Below, one piece after another: positions 41,963 to 52,287 of a stretch of 64,000 bases of DNA; position 1 is the first letter of the stretch, and each line of letters begins with the position of its first letter. This DNA comes from Halarcobacter sp. (GTDB taxonomy: Bacteria > Campylobacterota > Campylobacteria > Campylobacterales > Arcobacteraceae), in the NCBI GenBank assembly GCA_048571215.1, contig CP182352.1:128001-192000 (forward strand), read 5' to 3'. A program made the translations under genes and the position numbers. Below the pieces are notes generated by a model. The model worked only from the letters and a program-made list of their open reading frames with translations. It did no database searches and had not been told where the DNA came from.

Positions 41963-42494
41963 TCTTAGACTCCTTTTCAATTAAAGGTGAACCAGTAAAT
42001 AAATGGTAAGCCTCTTCAATAATATCTCTTAATAATTGTATTGCAAAAGTAACACTTGCTACCCCTAACATTACCCAAAAGTGCCACATTACAGGTGCCC
42101 ATTCGCTTTGACGTCTATAATCAAACTCTACTGCTTCATTAAATTTTGTAATACTCATATAAAAAATGATTATTAGAAAAAATATTCCCAATGAAAAAGA
42201 GATTATGTTAAAGATATTTTTTACTTTAGGCGAAACTGATAAATATAGAATATCAACATTAATATGAGCTTTCCTTTGTTGAGCATAAGCTCCCCCTAAA
42301 GCAGCAATATAGCCAAATAGAAATAGTGATAAATCGTATGCCCAAATTGTAGGGGCATCAAATATATATCTAGCAACCACTTCAAAAGCAACAATAAAAG
42401 CAAGGATGGGCATCAAATATGATGTCCCTTTCCCTAACCACATGACAATTGTATCAACTGTCTTGCAAAATAATTGTAAGAATTTTTTAAACAT
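41952..42494 (-). CDS. dctQ: TRAP transporter small permease
   Basis: EVVARYIFDAPTIWAYD and HINVD; four TM helices. Confidence 0.9.
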   Translation of the reverse strand: MFKKFLQLFCKTVDTIVMWLGKGTSYLMPILAFIVAFEVVARYIFDAPTIWAYDLSLFLFGYIAALGGAYAQQRKAHINVDILYLSVSPKVKNIFNIISFSLGIFFLIIIFYMSITKFNEAVEFDYRRQSEWAPVMWHFWVMLGVASVTFAIQLLRDIIEEAYHLFTGSPLIEKESKNEY

Positions 42495-42516
42495 GGTATA
42501 ACCTGTCAAAATTCAA

Positions 42517-43530
42517 TTATTTAGATTGTTTTCTTAATACATCAATAAGTTGCTTGCTGTATTTATCTTTAGAAGAGTACTCGTCCCAAAGACCAGCCCC
42601 AGCATCATGCCAAGCTTTTTTATCAGCTTCAGAAGGTTCAGGAGACCATTTTAAACCTTTAGCTTCCATTTGAGCAACAGCTTCTTTTTCCCATTTTCTA
42701 GACATAGTTAATTGATTTTTTGCATGTGCAACAGTTGCATCATATACACCTTTTTTCTGTGCATCAGTTAGTTTATTCCATGCAGCTCTATTAACAACAA
42801 TAGGTAAAACTTGAGCACCAGCTAAAGGAAGTCTATACATATATTTAGCAACTTCAACATGGTTTCCATCTCTGTGGTCAATCATATTAGAACCAATAGA
42901 ACCATCAATAACACCAGTAGCTAAACTAGTATAGATTTCACTCCAAGCTAATGAAACAGGAGAAGCACCTAAGTTTCTTAAGAATTTACCATATGCACCA
43001 GGAGCTCTAATTTTTAAACCTTGGAAATCAGCAATAGATTTGATAGGTTTTTTAGTAATAATATAAACTGGTGGTTGAATATAAGGCTCTAACCATACTA
43101 AACCTTGAGAACCATAAGCTTTTTTAAGGATTTTGTCCCAACCATCTTCGTGGAAAAGTTTGTATAATTTATCAGTATCAGCAGTACCACCTGGTAAACC
43201 AATTTCAACTACACCAGCAGGTAATTCACCAGCATGCATAGATTGAAAAGGAGCAGCCATAGTAATAAGCCCAGATTTAGTAGCACCTAATAAACCAGAA
43301 GTTCCAACACCTTCACCTGAAAATAATACTTGAACTTTAATTTCACCATTTGTATTTTTTTCAATATCTTTTGCTAATTGTTGATATAAATCACCAAATG
43401 CAGTTCCTCTTCCGTATAGGTTTGCGAACCTCCAATTTTGAGCAGCTGAAGCTGTCTCTACAATTGACATTACCCCTAATAGTACAACTAATACAGTCAT
43501 TACTATATTTCTTTTCATGTTAGTAAACAT
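42517..43530 (-). CDS. dctP: TRAP substrate-binding protein, copy 1
   Basis: Signal peptide; PIKSIADFQGLKIRAPG and EIYTSLATGVIDG. Confidence 0.93.
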   Translation of the reverse strand: MFTNMKRNIVMTVLVVLLGVMSIVETASAAQNWRFANLYGRGTAFGDLYQQLAKDIEKNTNGEIKVQVLFSGEGVGTSGLLGATKSGLITMAAPFQSMHAGELPAGVVEIGLPGGTADTDKLYKLFHEDGWDKILKKAYGSQGLVWLEPYIQPPVYIITKKPIKSIADFQGLKIRAPGAYGKFLRNLGASPVSLAWSEIYTSLATGVIDGSIGSNMIDHRDGNHVEVAKYMYRLPLAGAQVLPIVVNRAAWNKLTDAQKKGVYDATVAHAKNQLTMSRKWEKEAVAQMEAKGLKWSPEPSEADKKAWHDAGAGLWDEYSSKDKYSKQLIDVLRKQSK

Positions 43531-43618
43531 ATATATTCTCCCTTATTTTATTTTTCTTTGACCATTTGTAAATAGCTTTATCAAAATATCTCATTTGATT
43601 TTTCTCTTTATGGATATT

Positions 43619-44923
43619 TTAGTTTTTTACTAGATCGACAAATAATTCTTGGAATTTATCTAGACCTTCATTAGCTATTTCATCACTAATAGTTAATGCT
43701 GGTAAAAATCTAATTACATTGCTATTAAAACCACAAGATAATAAGATTAATCCATATTCAGAAGCTTTACCAACAATTGCTTTTGTTAGTTCAGCATTTG
43801 GTTTTTCAATATCCCCATCTTTCATTAGTTCTAAAGCAATCATTGCACCCTTATTTCTAACATCCAAAATCAATTCTGGAAATTGTGATTTAAGTTCGTT
43901 TAATCTTTTATTAAAAATATCACCAATTTGATTTGATCTATTGATTAAATCCTCTTCTTCAATAATATCAAGTACTTTTAATGCCGCAGCACAAGCAACT
44001 GGTGAACCACCATAAGTTCCACCAAGTCCACCTGGAACTGGAGAATCCATTATTTCAGCTTTTCCAACTACTGCAGATAGAGGATAACCTCCTGCAATAC
44101 CTTTTGCCATTGTCATTAAATCAGGTTCGATTCCAGAATATTCAATATTAAACATTTTCCCAGTTCTTCCAAATCCTGTTTGAATCTCGTCAATAATTAA
44201 TACAATTCCATTTTCATCACATATTCTTCTAAGTTCTTGTAACAGTTCTACTGGAGTTTGGTAAAATCCACCTTCCCCTTGAATAGGTTCAACAATAATT
44301 GCAGCAACATCACTTGGTAAAATATCAACTTTAAATAGGTTTTTTAAGGCAGTTAAAGTATCTTTTACAGAAGTTCCATTAAATTCAGTTGGATAAGGTA
44401 GATGATAAATTTCACCTGGGAATGGTCCAAATCCAATTTTATATGGAGCAATTTTCCCTGTTAATCCCATAGTTAAATTAGTTCTTCCATGAAATGCACC
44501 ATTAAATGCAATTACACCTCTTCTTCCCGTATGAGCTCTAGCAATCTTTACACAGTTCTCAACAGCTTCTGCACCAGTTGTTACAAAAATAGCTTTTTTT
44601 TCAGTTTCACCTGGAGCAATCTTAGTTAGTTTTTCAGCCAACTCAACTGCAACTTCATATGGATTAACCATAACACAAGTATGACTAAAGTTTTCTATTT
44701 GTGTTTTTACAGCTTCAACAATTTTAGGATGACTATGTCCTGTATTACATACAGCAATACCTGTACCAAAATCAATAAATCTATTACCTTCTACATCCCA
44801 AATTTCAGAATTTTTTGCTTTTTCAACAAAAGATTGATACGCATTTCCTTGACCTCTTGCAAAAACTTTATTTTTTCTGTTTTGAAGGTTTTGATTATTT
44901 TTTACTTGAATTTTTTTGTTCAT
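43619..44923 (-). CDS. gabT: 4-aminobutyrate (or 5-aminovalerate) aminotransferase, class III PLP
   Basis: DFGTGIAVCNTGHSHP, TTGAEAVEN, FHGRT, EPIQGEGG, DEIQTGFGRTG, AKGIAGG, GGLGGTYGG. Confidence 0.9.
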   Translation of the reverse strand: MNKKIQVKNNQNLQNRKNKVFARGQGNAYQSFVEKAKNSEIWDVEGNRFIDFGTGIAVCNTGHSHPKIVEAVKTQIENFSHTCVMVNPYEVAVELAEKLTKIAPGETEKKAIFVTTGAEAVENCVKIARAHTGRRGVIAFNGAFHGRTNLTMGLTGKIAPYKIGFGPFPGEIYHLPYPTEFNGTSVKDTLTALKNLFKVDILPSDVAAIIVEPIQGEGGFYQTPVELLQELRRICDENGIVLIIDEIQTGFGRTGKMFNIEYSGIEPDLMTMAKGIAGGYPLSAVVGKAEIMDSPVPGGLGGTYGGSPVACAAALKVLDIIEEEDLINRSNQIGDIFNKRLNELKSQFPELILDVRNKGAMIALELMKDGDIEKPNAELTKAIVGKASEYGLILLSCGFNSNVIRFLPALTISDEIANEGLDKFQELFVDLVKN

Positions 44924-44948
44924 TGATTAAATCCTTATATAATTTCAA

Positions 44949-45962
44949 TTATTTAGATTGTTTTCTTAATACATCAATAAGTTGCTTGCTGTATTTATCT
45001 TTAGAAGAGTACTCGTCCCAAAGACCAGCCCCAGCATCATGCCAAGCTTTTTTATCAGCTTCAGAAGGTTCAGGAGACCATTTTAAACCTTTAGCTTCCA
45101 TTTGAGCAACAGCTTCTTTTTCCCATTTTCTAGACATAGTTAATTGATTTTTTGCATGTGCAACAGTTGCATCATATACACCTTTTTTCTGTGCATCAGT
45201 TAGTTTATTCCATGCAGCTCTATTAACAACAATAGGTAAAACTTGAGCACCAGCTAAAGGAAGTCTATACATATATTTAGCAACTTCAACATGGTTTCCA
45301 TCTCTGTGGTCAATCATATTAGAACCAATAGAACCATCAATAACACCAGTAGCTAAACTAGTATAGATTTCACTCCAAGCTAATGAAACAGGAGAAGCAC
45401 CTAAGTTTCTTAAGAATTTACCATATGCACCAGGAGCTCTAATTTTTAAACCTTGGAAATCAGCAATAGATTTGATAGGTTTTTTAGTAATAATATAAAC
45501 TGGTGGTTGAATATAAGGCTCTAACCATACTAAACCTTGAGAACCATAAGCTTTTTTAAGGATTTTGTCCCAACCATCTTCGTGGAAAAGTTTGTATAAT
45601 TTATCAGTATCAGCAGTACCACCTGGTAAACCAATTTCAACTACACCAGCAGGTAATTCACCAGCATGCATAGATTGAAAAGGAGCAGCCATAGTAATAA
45701 GCCCAGATTTAGTAGCACCTAATAAACCAGAAGTTCCAACACCTTCACCTGAAAATAATACTTGAACTTTAATTTCACCATTTGTATTTTTTTCAATATC
45801 TTTTGCTAATTGTTGATATAAATCACCAAATGCAGTTCCTCTTCCGTATAGGTTTGCGAACCTCCAATTTTGAGCAGCTGAAGCTGTCTCTACAATTGAC
45901 ATTACCCCTAATAGTACAACTAATACAGTCATTACTATATTTCTTTTCATGTTAGTAAACAT
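44949..45962 (-). CDS. dctP: TRAP substrate-binding protein, copy 2
   Basis: Identical translation to 42517..43530. Confidence 0.93.
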   Translation of the reverse strand: MFTNMKRNIVMTVLVVLLGVMSIVETASAAQNWRFANLYGRGTAFGDLYQQLAKDIEKNTNGEIKVQVLFSGEGVGTSGLLGATKSGLITMAAPFQSMHAGELPAGVVEIGLPGGTADTDKLYKLFHEDGWDKILKKAYGSQGLVWLEPYIQPPVYIITKKPIKSIADFQGLKIRAPGAYGKFLRNLGASPVSLAWSEIYTSLATGVIDGSIGSNMIDHRDGNHVEVAKYMYRLPLAGAQVLPIVVNRAAWNKLTDAQKKGVYDATVAHAKNQLTMSRKWEKEAVAQMEAKGLKWSPEPSEADKKAWHDAGAGLWDEYSSKDKYSKQLIDVLRKQSK

Positions 45963-46201
45963 ATATATTCTCCCTTATTTTATTTTTCTTTGACCATTTG
46001 TAAATAGCTTTTATCAAAATATCTCATTTGATTTTTCTCTTTATGGATATTTTAGATAATTAATTATTACGGAAAAGAGTAGTGAAAAAGTAACCATAAT
46101 TAGATTTTTTAAGATATTTATATATATAAAAATATCTCTATTTATTGATATTAAAATATAGTATTTTGTAGTTATATATCGATTATTGAAGAGTTTTTAT
46201 T

Positions 46202-48688
46202 TTAATTTATAATGGGGATATATATGGAGAATCTTACTCCCTGCTCGATATTTTTTACACTTAATTGTCCATTCATATTTTGTTCTATAATAATTTTACT
46301 CATATATAAACCAAGTCCAGTACCATTATAACTATCTTTAGTTGTAAAATAAGGTTCAAACACTTTATTAATGATTGATTCATTTATTCCACCTGCATTA
46401 TCTGAAATCATTATCTTTATATGTGTATCGATTAGTTTAGTTTTTATTATAATATGAGGATTTTCAATATTTTTTTCTAGAAAGGAATCTTTTGAGTTTG
46501 TGATTATATTTAATAAAACCTGTGAAAGTTCACTTTCAAATCCATGGATTGATACATCATCCAAGATTTGGGTTTCAATTTTAATACTATTACTTTTAAA
46601 ACTATCATCTATTAGGAATATGGTTTGATTTATGGCATCTTTTATAGAAAAAGATCTTTTCTCTTTATTAGGTTTAAAAAAGTTTCTAAAATCATCAATA
46701 GTTTTTGACATTTTTTCTGTTAGGGCATTACTTAGAAGCATTTGTTTATCTAAATACTCTTTATCAAGTTTATTAAGTGAATAGCGTAGATGAATATTTT
46801 GTATAATTGTACTAAGAGCACTTAAAGGTTGTCTCCATTGATGGGCAATCATACTTATCATCTCACCCATTTCTGCTAGTTTTGATTGTTGGATTAATAG
46901 TTGTTCTTGTTTCTTTCTGTTATTAATCTCCTCTTTTATTCTAACATCAAGGGTATTATTTAAATGTTCAAGTTCATGAGTTTTATGTTGTAGTTTTTCA
47001 TTTGATAATTGAAGTTCATGGGTTCTCATTTGCACTTTTTTTTCTAAAGTGCTATTTAGCATCTCAATCTCCTCTTTTACTTTTGTTAATTTTCTTATAT
47101 ATCTTCGTTGAAGAATATATGTATATAAAATTAGTAATAAAATAAAAAATAGAAAACTTATAATACTCCAAAACAGTTTATAATCGATACTTTTTTCATA
47201 TTTTATTGTAACCCATTTATTAATGATTTTTTGTTTTGTTTCATCACTTATTGAGTCTATTACTTTTTCAAAGATATCTAGAAGTATTGGATCATCATTT
47301 CTTACCCCTATAGATAACTTCCATTGTTCATCAAACTTTCCTGAAATTTGTAAACTTCCATAAAACTCTTCTTGAAATGCATAAGCAACATTTAGGTGAG
47401 TTGTTACTTGACCAAATATCTCTCCCCTTTCAACTCTTTTTAAGCCATCCCTTAAATGATTTACATCTACTACTTGTAAATCGGGATATTTCCGTCTTAT
47501 TATTTCATTGTATGCGAAGTTTTTTTGAATACCAATTTTTTTATTTTTTAAAGCACTTAAATCACTAATAAAACTTACATTTCTTTTTGTAACTAAAACA
47601 AGAGGTGCTGTCACATATGGTTTAGTAAAATTCATATAACCTTGTCGTGATTTTATATCCATAACAAAAGATAAAACATCACATTTTCTATTTTTCATAT
47701 ATTCTAAGGATTGTGTCCAATCTTTTGTTTCTATGAGTTTTAAAGGGATGCCAATTTTCTTTTCAAAATCCTTCATATAGTCTGCTACAATACCAATATG
47801 TTTATGGTTTTCTATTTTTTCATAGGGCATCCAATCTGGATCTACACATAGGTTTATATGTGATTTTTTATCTAAATAATCTATCTCTTCTTTTGTAAAA
47901 ATTATGGGTAGATTTGCCAAATCTTTTAAAAACCATTTATCAAAAAGTTCTTTTTCCTCTTTTATTGAAATTGAGTTTAAACCTTTTTCTAAAATAGATT
48001 GAAGTAGTACTTTCTTTTTACTAGTAAAAATAAATAGTTTTGAATATTCAAAGCTTATTGAAGGTATTGCTTTTAGGTCAACAATTAGATTATCTTCTAA
48101 ATATTCTTGAATAATAATTGGTGAAGCTATTAAAGCATCAACCTCTCCTGCTAGTAGTTTTTGAACTGATTCTTTCATATTATTAGTTCTTTCCAATTTT
48201 ATATTGGCAAACCTTTTTTTTATATTAGGGATAGTTCCTAATTGGTCAACTATAGCAACTTTTTTATTTCTTAGATCATTAATTGAATTTATATTATTTT
48301 CTTCTTTTTTTACAAATAAAACTTTTTTTATTTGTAAAATTTCTGAAGAGTAAACTCCTAAATCATTTTCAACTTTTTTATTATTTATTATTGGGGCTAG
48401 ATCTATTCTACCTTCTTTGATTGCAAGAGGTATAGTAGCTTGTTTAAGTTTGATTGGTTTAATTCTTATATGATATTTTTTGGTGATAAGTTTTAATATA
48501 TCACTTACAAATCCATCTATTTTGTTATCTTTATTTATATATGTTAAAGGATAAAGTTCAGATACTCCAATTCTTACTTCATTGTTTTTTATCCAGTCCT
48601 CTTCTTCTTGAGTTAGAACTGTGGAGTCAGCATATAAGAGATTTAAAAATAAAAAAATAAAAAAAACAAACTTCAAAAATGACTCCAA
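46202..48688 (-). CDS. Sensor histidine kinase with two periplasmic amino-acid-binding (SBP_bac_3-like) domains
   Basis: Signal/TM; two BvgS-like binding domains (CVDPDWMPYE); TM; IAHQWRQPLS; HATPase. Confidence 0.9.
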   Translation of the reverse strand: MESFLKFVFFIFLFLNLLYADSTVLTQEEEDWIKNNEVRIGVSELYPLTYINKDNKIDGFVSDILKLITKKYHIRIKPIKLKQATIPLAIKEGRIDLAPIINNKKVENDLGVYSSEILQIKKVLFVKKEENNINSINDLRNKKVAIVDQLGTIPNIKKRFANIKLERTNNMKESVQKLLAGEVDALIASPIIIQEYLEDNLIVDLKAIPSISFEYSKLFIFTSKKKVLLQSILEKGLNSISIKEEKELFDKWFLKDLANLPIIFTKEEIDYLDKKSHINLCVDPDWMPYEKIENHKHIGIVADYMKDFEKKIGIPLKLIETKDWTQSLEYMKNRKCDVLSFVMDIKSRQGYMNFTKPYVTAPLVLVTKRNVSFISDLSALKNKKIGIQKNFAYNEIIRRKYPDLQVVDVNHLRDGLKRVERGEIFGQVTTHLNVAYAFQEEFYGSLQISGKFDEQWKLSIGVRNDDPILLDIFEKVIDSISDETKQKIINKWVTIKYEKSIDYKLFWSIISFLFFILLLILYTYILQRRYIRKLTKVKEEIEMLNSTLEKKVQMRTHELQLSNEKLQHKTHELEHLNNTLDVRIKEEINNRKKQEQLLIQQSKLAEMGEMISMIAHQWRQPLSALSTIIQNIHLRYSLNKLDKEYLDKQMLLSNALTEKMSKTIDDFRNFFKPNKEKRSFSIKDAINQTIFLIDDSFKSNSIKIETQILDDVSIHGFESELSQVLLNIITNSKDSFLEKNIENPHIIIKTKLIDTHIKIMISDNAGGINESIINKVFEPYFTTKDSYNGTGLGLYMSKIIIEQNMNGQLSVKNIEQGVRFSIYIPIIN

Positions 48689-48706
48689 AAATTTTTTATA
48701 AGTATA

Positions 48707-49897
48707 TCACACACAATCCAAGATTATAGAAAAACAAACACCTTCATTGATATTTTTTACATCTAGTTTCCCGTGATGATTGTTTTCTATAATAATTTTT
48801 GACATATAAAGACCAATTCCTGTACCATTTTTTTCTTTTTTTGTTGAAAAGTATGGTTCAAAAATGAAATTTAAATTATCTTTTTCAATTCCACCACCAT
48901 TATCATAAATTTCAATTTTTATACTATTTTCTAAATCTTGAGTTCTAATCTCGATTTTGGCATTTTCTATTTCTTTTTCTAAAAACTTATCTTGTGCATT
49001 TTTTAATATATTTATAAAAACATGAATAATTTCATTCTCATAAATATTAACTTTGTTTTCACTTTTTAAGTCTAATTCAATACTTATATCATTTGTTTGT
49101 AAATCTTTTTCTATAATTTTTAAACTATTTTTAATAGATTTTTCAATACTTGTATTTGTTATTATTTTATCTGTTTTATAAAAATTTCTAAAGTCATCTA
49201 TTGTTGTAGTTAGATTTTGTACATAAAACTCTATCTCATCAAGCTTATTAGTGAAAAACTCTGATTGTTCTATCCTACCTTCTTGAGTATTTAAGTCAAA
49301 TTTTCCCGATAGCAATTTATTTTTTAGATTAAATGAAGCAGTCCCAATAGAAGATAAAGGTTGTCTCCATTGGTGAGCAATCATACTTATCATCTCACCC
49401 ATTGCAGCAAATCTTGATTGAGCTTCCATAACTTTTTGTTTCTCTTCATTTTTTTGTATCTCTATTTCAAGTTTTTTATTTTTTTCTATTAACTCTTCTT
49501 TTAGCACTTTTGGTTCAATTGCTTTTATTAAACACTCTTCTAATTTATAGATATCAATAGGTTTTAATACATATGCACTTATATTTAATTCAATAGATTG
49601 CATAAGAAAGGTTGTTTCTTGATGAGCAGTTGTGATAATTATCGGGATATCTTTATCTATTTCTCTAATCTTTTTAATCATATCAAGACCATTTAATTTA
49701 GGCATTTTAATATCTGTTAAAATTAAATCAATTTTTTTATCACCAGCTTTAAAAATTGACAAACCCTCTTGTCCATCTTTAGCACATATTACATCTATTT
49801 CAAAAAGATTTAGGGTTTCTGTTATCCCTTTTTGAATTATTAATTCATCTTCTGCATAAAGTACAGTTATATTCTTTAATATTTGGCTATTTATCAT
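48707..49897 (-). CDS. Hybrid receiver-histidine kinase
   Basis: N-terminal REC (LYAEDE, TDIKMPKLNG, KP), then IAHQWRQPLS and HATPase. Confidence 0.9.
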   Translation of the reverse strand: MINSQILKNITVLYAEDELIIQKGITETLNLFEIDVICAKDGQEGLSIFKAGDKKIDLILTDIKMPKLNGLDMIKKIREIDKDIPIIITTAHQETTFLMQSIELNISAYVLKPIDIYKLEECLIKAIEPKVLKEELIEKNKKLEIEIQKNEEKQKVMEAQSRFAAMGEMISMIAHQWRQPLSSIGTASFNLKNKLLSGKFDLNTQEGRIEQSEFFTNKLDEIEFYVQNLTTTIDDFRNFYKTDKIITNTSIEKSIKNSLKIIEKDLQTNDISIELDLKSENKVNIYENEIIHVFINILKNAQDKFLEKEIENAKIEIRTQDLENSIKIEIYDNGGGIEKDNLNFIFEPYFSTKKEKNGTGIGLYMSKIIIENNHHGKLDVKNINEGVCFSIILDCV

Positions 49898-50081
49898 AAG
49901 AACTCTTTTTGTTTTTTTGAGTAGTATATCACTAAATAGTAGTCAAATAATCTCATAGTTATAGTATATAATAGAATATTTGATTATAAGGTTAATATTT
50001 TTGAACTATTATTTTATACATTTTAAAAGAAATAAAATGCTAATATAATGCCCAAGAACATCCTAATTTAGAAGGTTTTTA

Positions 50082-50816
50082 ATGGATTATGGCTTATTAA
50101 AAAAATATACTCGAAATTTAAATATTCTTTTTGTTGAAGATGATACAGATTTTAGAAAAGAGTTTTCAGAATTACTTCAAGATATTTTTCCAAAAGTCTC
50201 TACAGCTGTTGATGGGTTAGATGCACTTAATAAATACAAAGAGTTTTATGAGCAAACAAATACCTATTATGATTTAATTATTTCAGATATAAAAATGCCA
50301 AATTGTGATGGAGTTGAACTAATTGATTCCATATATAAAATCAAAGATGACCAATTAGTTATAATTTTATCTGCTAGAAATGAGTTTGATTATTTGTTGC
50401 CTTTAGTTAATCTAGGAATACATCAATTTTTCACAAAACCTATTGATTATTCAACTTTTTTAGATGATATGTTTAAGCTATGTAATCAGATTTATCATAA
50501 TAAATTAAATAATGATAATGATATTGTAAGAGTTAATGAGTCTTTAATTTGGGATAAAAAGAAAAGAAAACTAATACGAGATGATAAAATAATAGATTTA
50601 ACTAAAAATGAGATTCGTTTTGTTGAAACAATATTAAATAATAATGGCAAAATATGTACTGTTGATAATCTTATAGATATTATTTGGTTTGAAGAGTTTG
50701 ATTTGAATCCAGATATTTCACATCTAAAAAGTCTTATTTATCGTTTGAGAAAAAAAGTACCAGATTTACATATAAAAAATATTTATGGTATGGGATATAC
50801 TCACGATTCTAAGTAA
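50082..50816 (+). CDS. OmpR-family response regulator
   Basis: REC (LFVEDD, SDIKMP, KP) plus winged helix (LTKNE, LIYRLRKK, IKNIYGMGY). Confidence 0.9.
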   Translation: MDYGLLKKYTRNLNILFVEDDTDFRKEFSELLQDIFPKVSTAVDGLDALNKYKEFYEQTNTYYDLIISDIKMPNCDGVELIDSIYKIKDDQLVIILSARNEFDYLLPLVNLGIHQFFTKPIDYSTFLDDMFKLCNQIYHNKLNNDNDIVRVNESLIWDKKKRKLIRDDKIIDLTKNEIRFVETILNNNGKICTVDNLIDIIWFEEFDLNPDISHLKSLIYRLRKKVPDLHIKNIYGMGYTHDSK

Positions 50817-50864
50817 ACTGTTGTTTATGATTAATTTATAAAAGATATTTTTAATAAGAGATAA

Positions 50865-50889
50865 GGCGAAGAGAAAAAATCTCAACGCC
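50865..50889. terminator. Hairpin between the convergent response regulator and ALDH copy 2
   Basis: GGCG-AA-GAGA-AAAAA-TCTC-AA-CGCC, imperfect stem. Confidence 0.45.
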
Positions 50890-50895
50890 AAAGAA

Positions 50896-52287
50896 TTATA
50901 AAGATGGAGATTTAATAACCATCATTTTTTGGTTTTGCATTTCTCTCATAGAATCAGCGATACCACCAAGACCAAGACCAGAAGTTTTAGCACCACCAAA
51001 AGGCATCCAGTCAACTCTAAATGCAGTATGGTCATTTACCATAATAGCTGTACCATTTAATCTTTTAACTGCTTTAAGTGCAGTGTCAATATTTTTAGTA
51101 AATACAGCAGCTTGGAATGAAACATCTAATTGATTCGCTCTGTCAATAGCTTCATCTAAAGTTTTATATGAATAAACAACAACAACTGGACCAAAAATCT
51201 CTTTTTGAGAAATGATAGCATCATCAGCTGGGTTTACAATTACAGTTGGTTCATAACAAGAATCAGAGATTCTTTTACCACCAATTAAAATTTTACCACC
51301 CTTAGTAACAGCTTCATTAACCCACTCTTCAACTCTATTTACTTCATTGTGATTAATTAATGGACCAACTTCAGTTTTTGGGTCTAATTGATCACCAACA
51401 ACCAATTTAGAAGCATAGTCAGTTAATTTATTTGCAACTTCATCACAAATAGATTCATGTACAAAAATTCTTTGAACAGATACACAAACTTGACCAGCAT
51501 GATAAAAACCACCTTTTCCTAAATCAGGAATCATAGCATCTATATCTGCATCTGGCTCAACAATAACAGGAGCAACCCCACCATGCTCTAAAGCAGATCT
51601 AGTTCCAGGAGATGCTTTTGAGTTTAAGTACCAACCAACAGGTCCTGAACCAATAAATGTAAAGAATGCAGTTTTAGGAGATGTTACAAGTAGCTCTCCC
51701 CCTTTTCTGTCACAAACAACAGCTTGTGCCCAACCATCAGGAAGTCCAGCTTCTTTTAAAATCTCAACTAATCTAATAGCTGACATAGGAGTTTGAGTAG
51801 CTGGTCTAATGATTACAGGACAACCAACAGCAATAGCAGGTATTACTTGGTGAACTGCAAGGTTAAAAGGATGGTTAAATGCAGAGATTGCTGCAACTAC
51901 ACCAATAGGTTCTTTCATTGTGTAAGCCATTCTGTTTACACTAGTAGGTGTGTGACCCATAGCAATCTCATGACCCTCTTGTACACTTAATTGCTCAATA
52001 GCAATCTTAATACCATTGATAGCTCTTAGAACTTCAACCTTAGAATCCATATATGGTTTACCACCTTCACTAGCACAAAGAATAGTTAACTCTTCTACTT
52101 GTGAAGACATAATTTTCATAACATTTTCTAAAATCTCAACTCTTTTAAATTTTGGAATCCAGTTATCAACATCTAAAAACTTCTCATAAGCTAAATCTAT
52201 TGTAGATTCTACTTCTTCAAAACTACTAAATGGTACTTCTCCTACTACTTTCCCATCATATGGTGATGTTACTTCTATTTTACTCAT
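50896..52287 (-). CDS. Aldehyde dehydrogenase, copy 2
   Basis: Identical protein to 37001..38392; 30 bp downstream of the ThDP enzyme gene. Confidence 0.9.
   Translation of the reverse strand: MSKIEVTSPYDGKVVGEVPFSSFEEVESTIDLAYEKFLDVDNWIPKFKRVEILENVMKIMSSQVEELTILCASEGGKPYMDSKVEVLRAINGIKIAIEQLSVQEGHEIAMGHTPTSVNRMAYTMKEPIGVVAAISAFNHPFNLAVHQVIPAIAVGCPVIIRPATQTPMSAIRLVEILKEAGLPDGWAQAVVCDRKGGELLVTSPKTAFFTFIGSGPVGWYLNSKASPGTRSALEHGGVAPVIVEPDADIDAMIPDLGKGGFYHAGQVCVSVQRIFVHESICDEVANKLTDYASKLVVGDQLDPKTEVGPLINHNEVNRVEEWVNEAVTKGGKILIGGKRISDSCYEPTVIVNPADDAIISQKEIFGPVVVVYSYKTLDEAIDRANQLDVSFQAAVFTKNIDTALKAVKRLNGTAIMVNDHTAFRVDWMPFGGAKTSGLGLGGIADSMREMQNQKMMVIKSPSL

Larger units (their letters stand above)
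42512..46055. repeat. ~1.11-kb direct repeat pair: 42512-43622 and 44944-46055 (dctP plus its 5' region), flanking gabT
   Basis: CDSs look identical by eye; one 1-nt indel upstream of the CDS (GCTTTATC vs GCTTTTATC). Confidence 0.95.
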
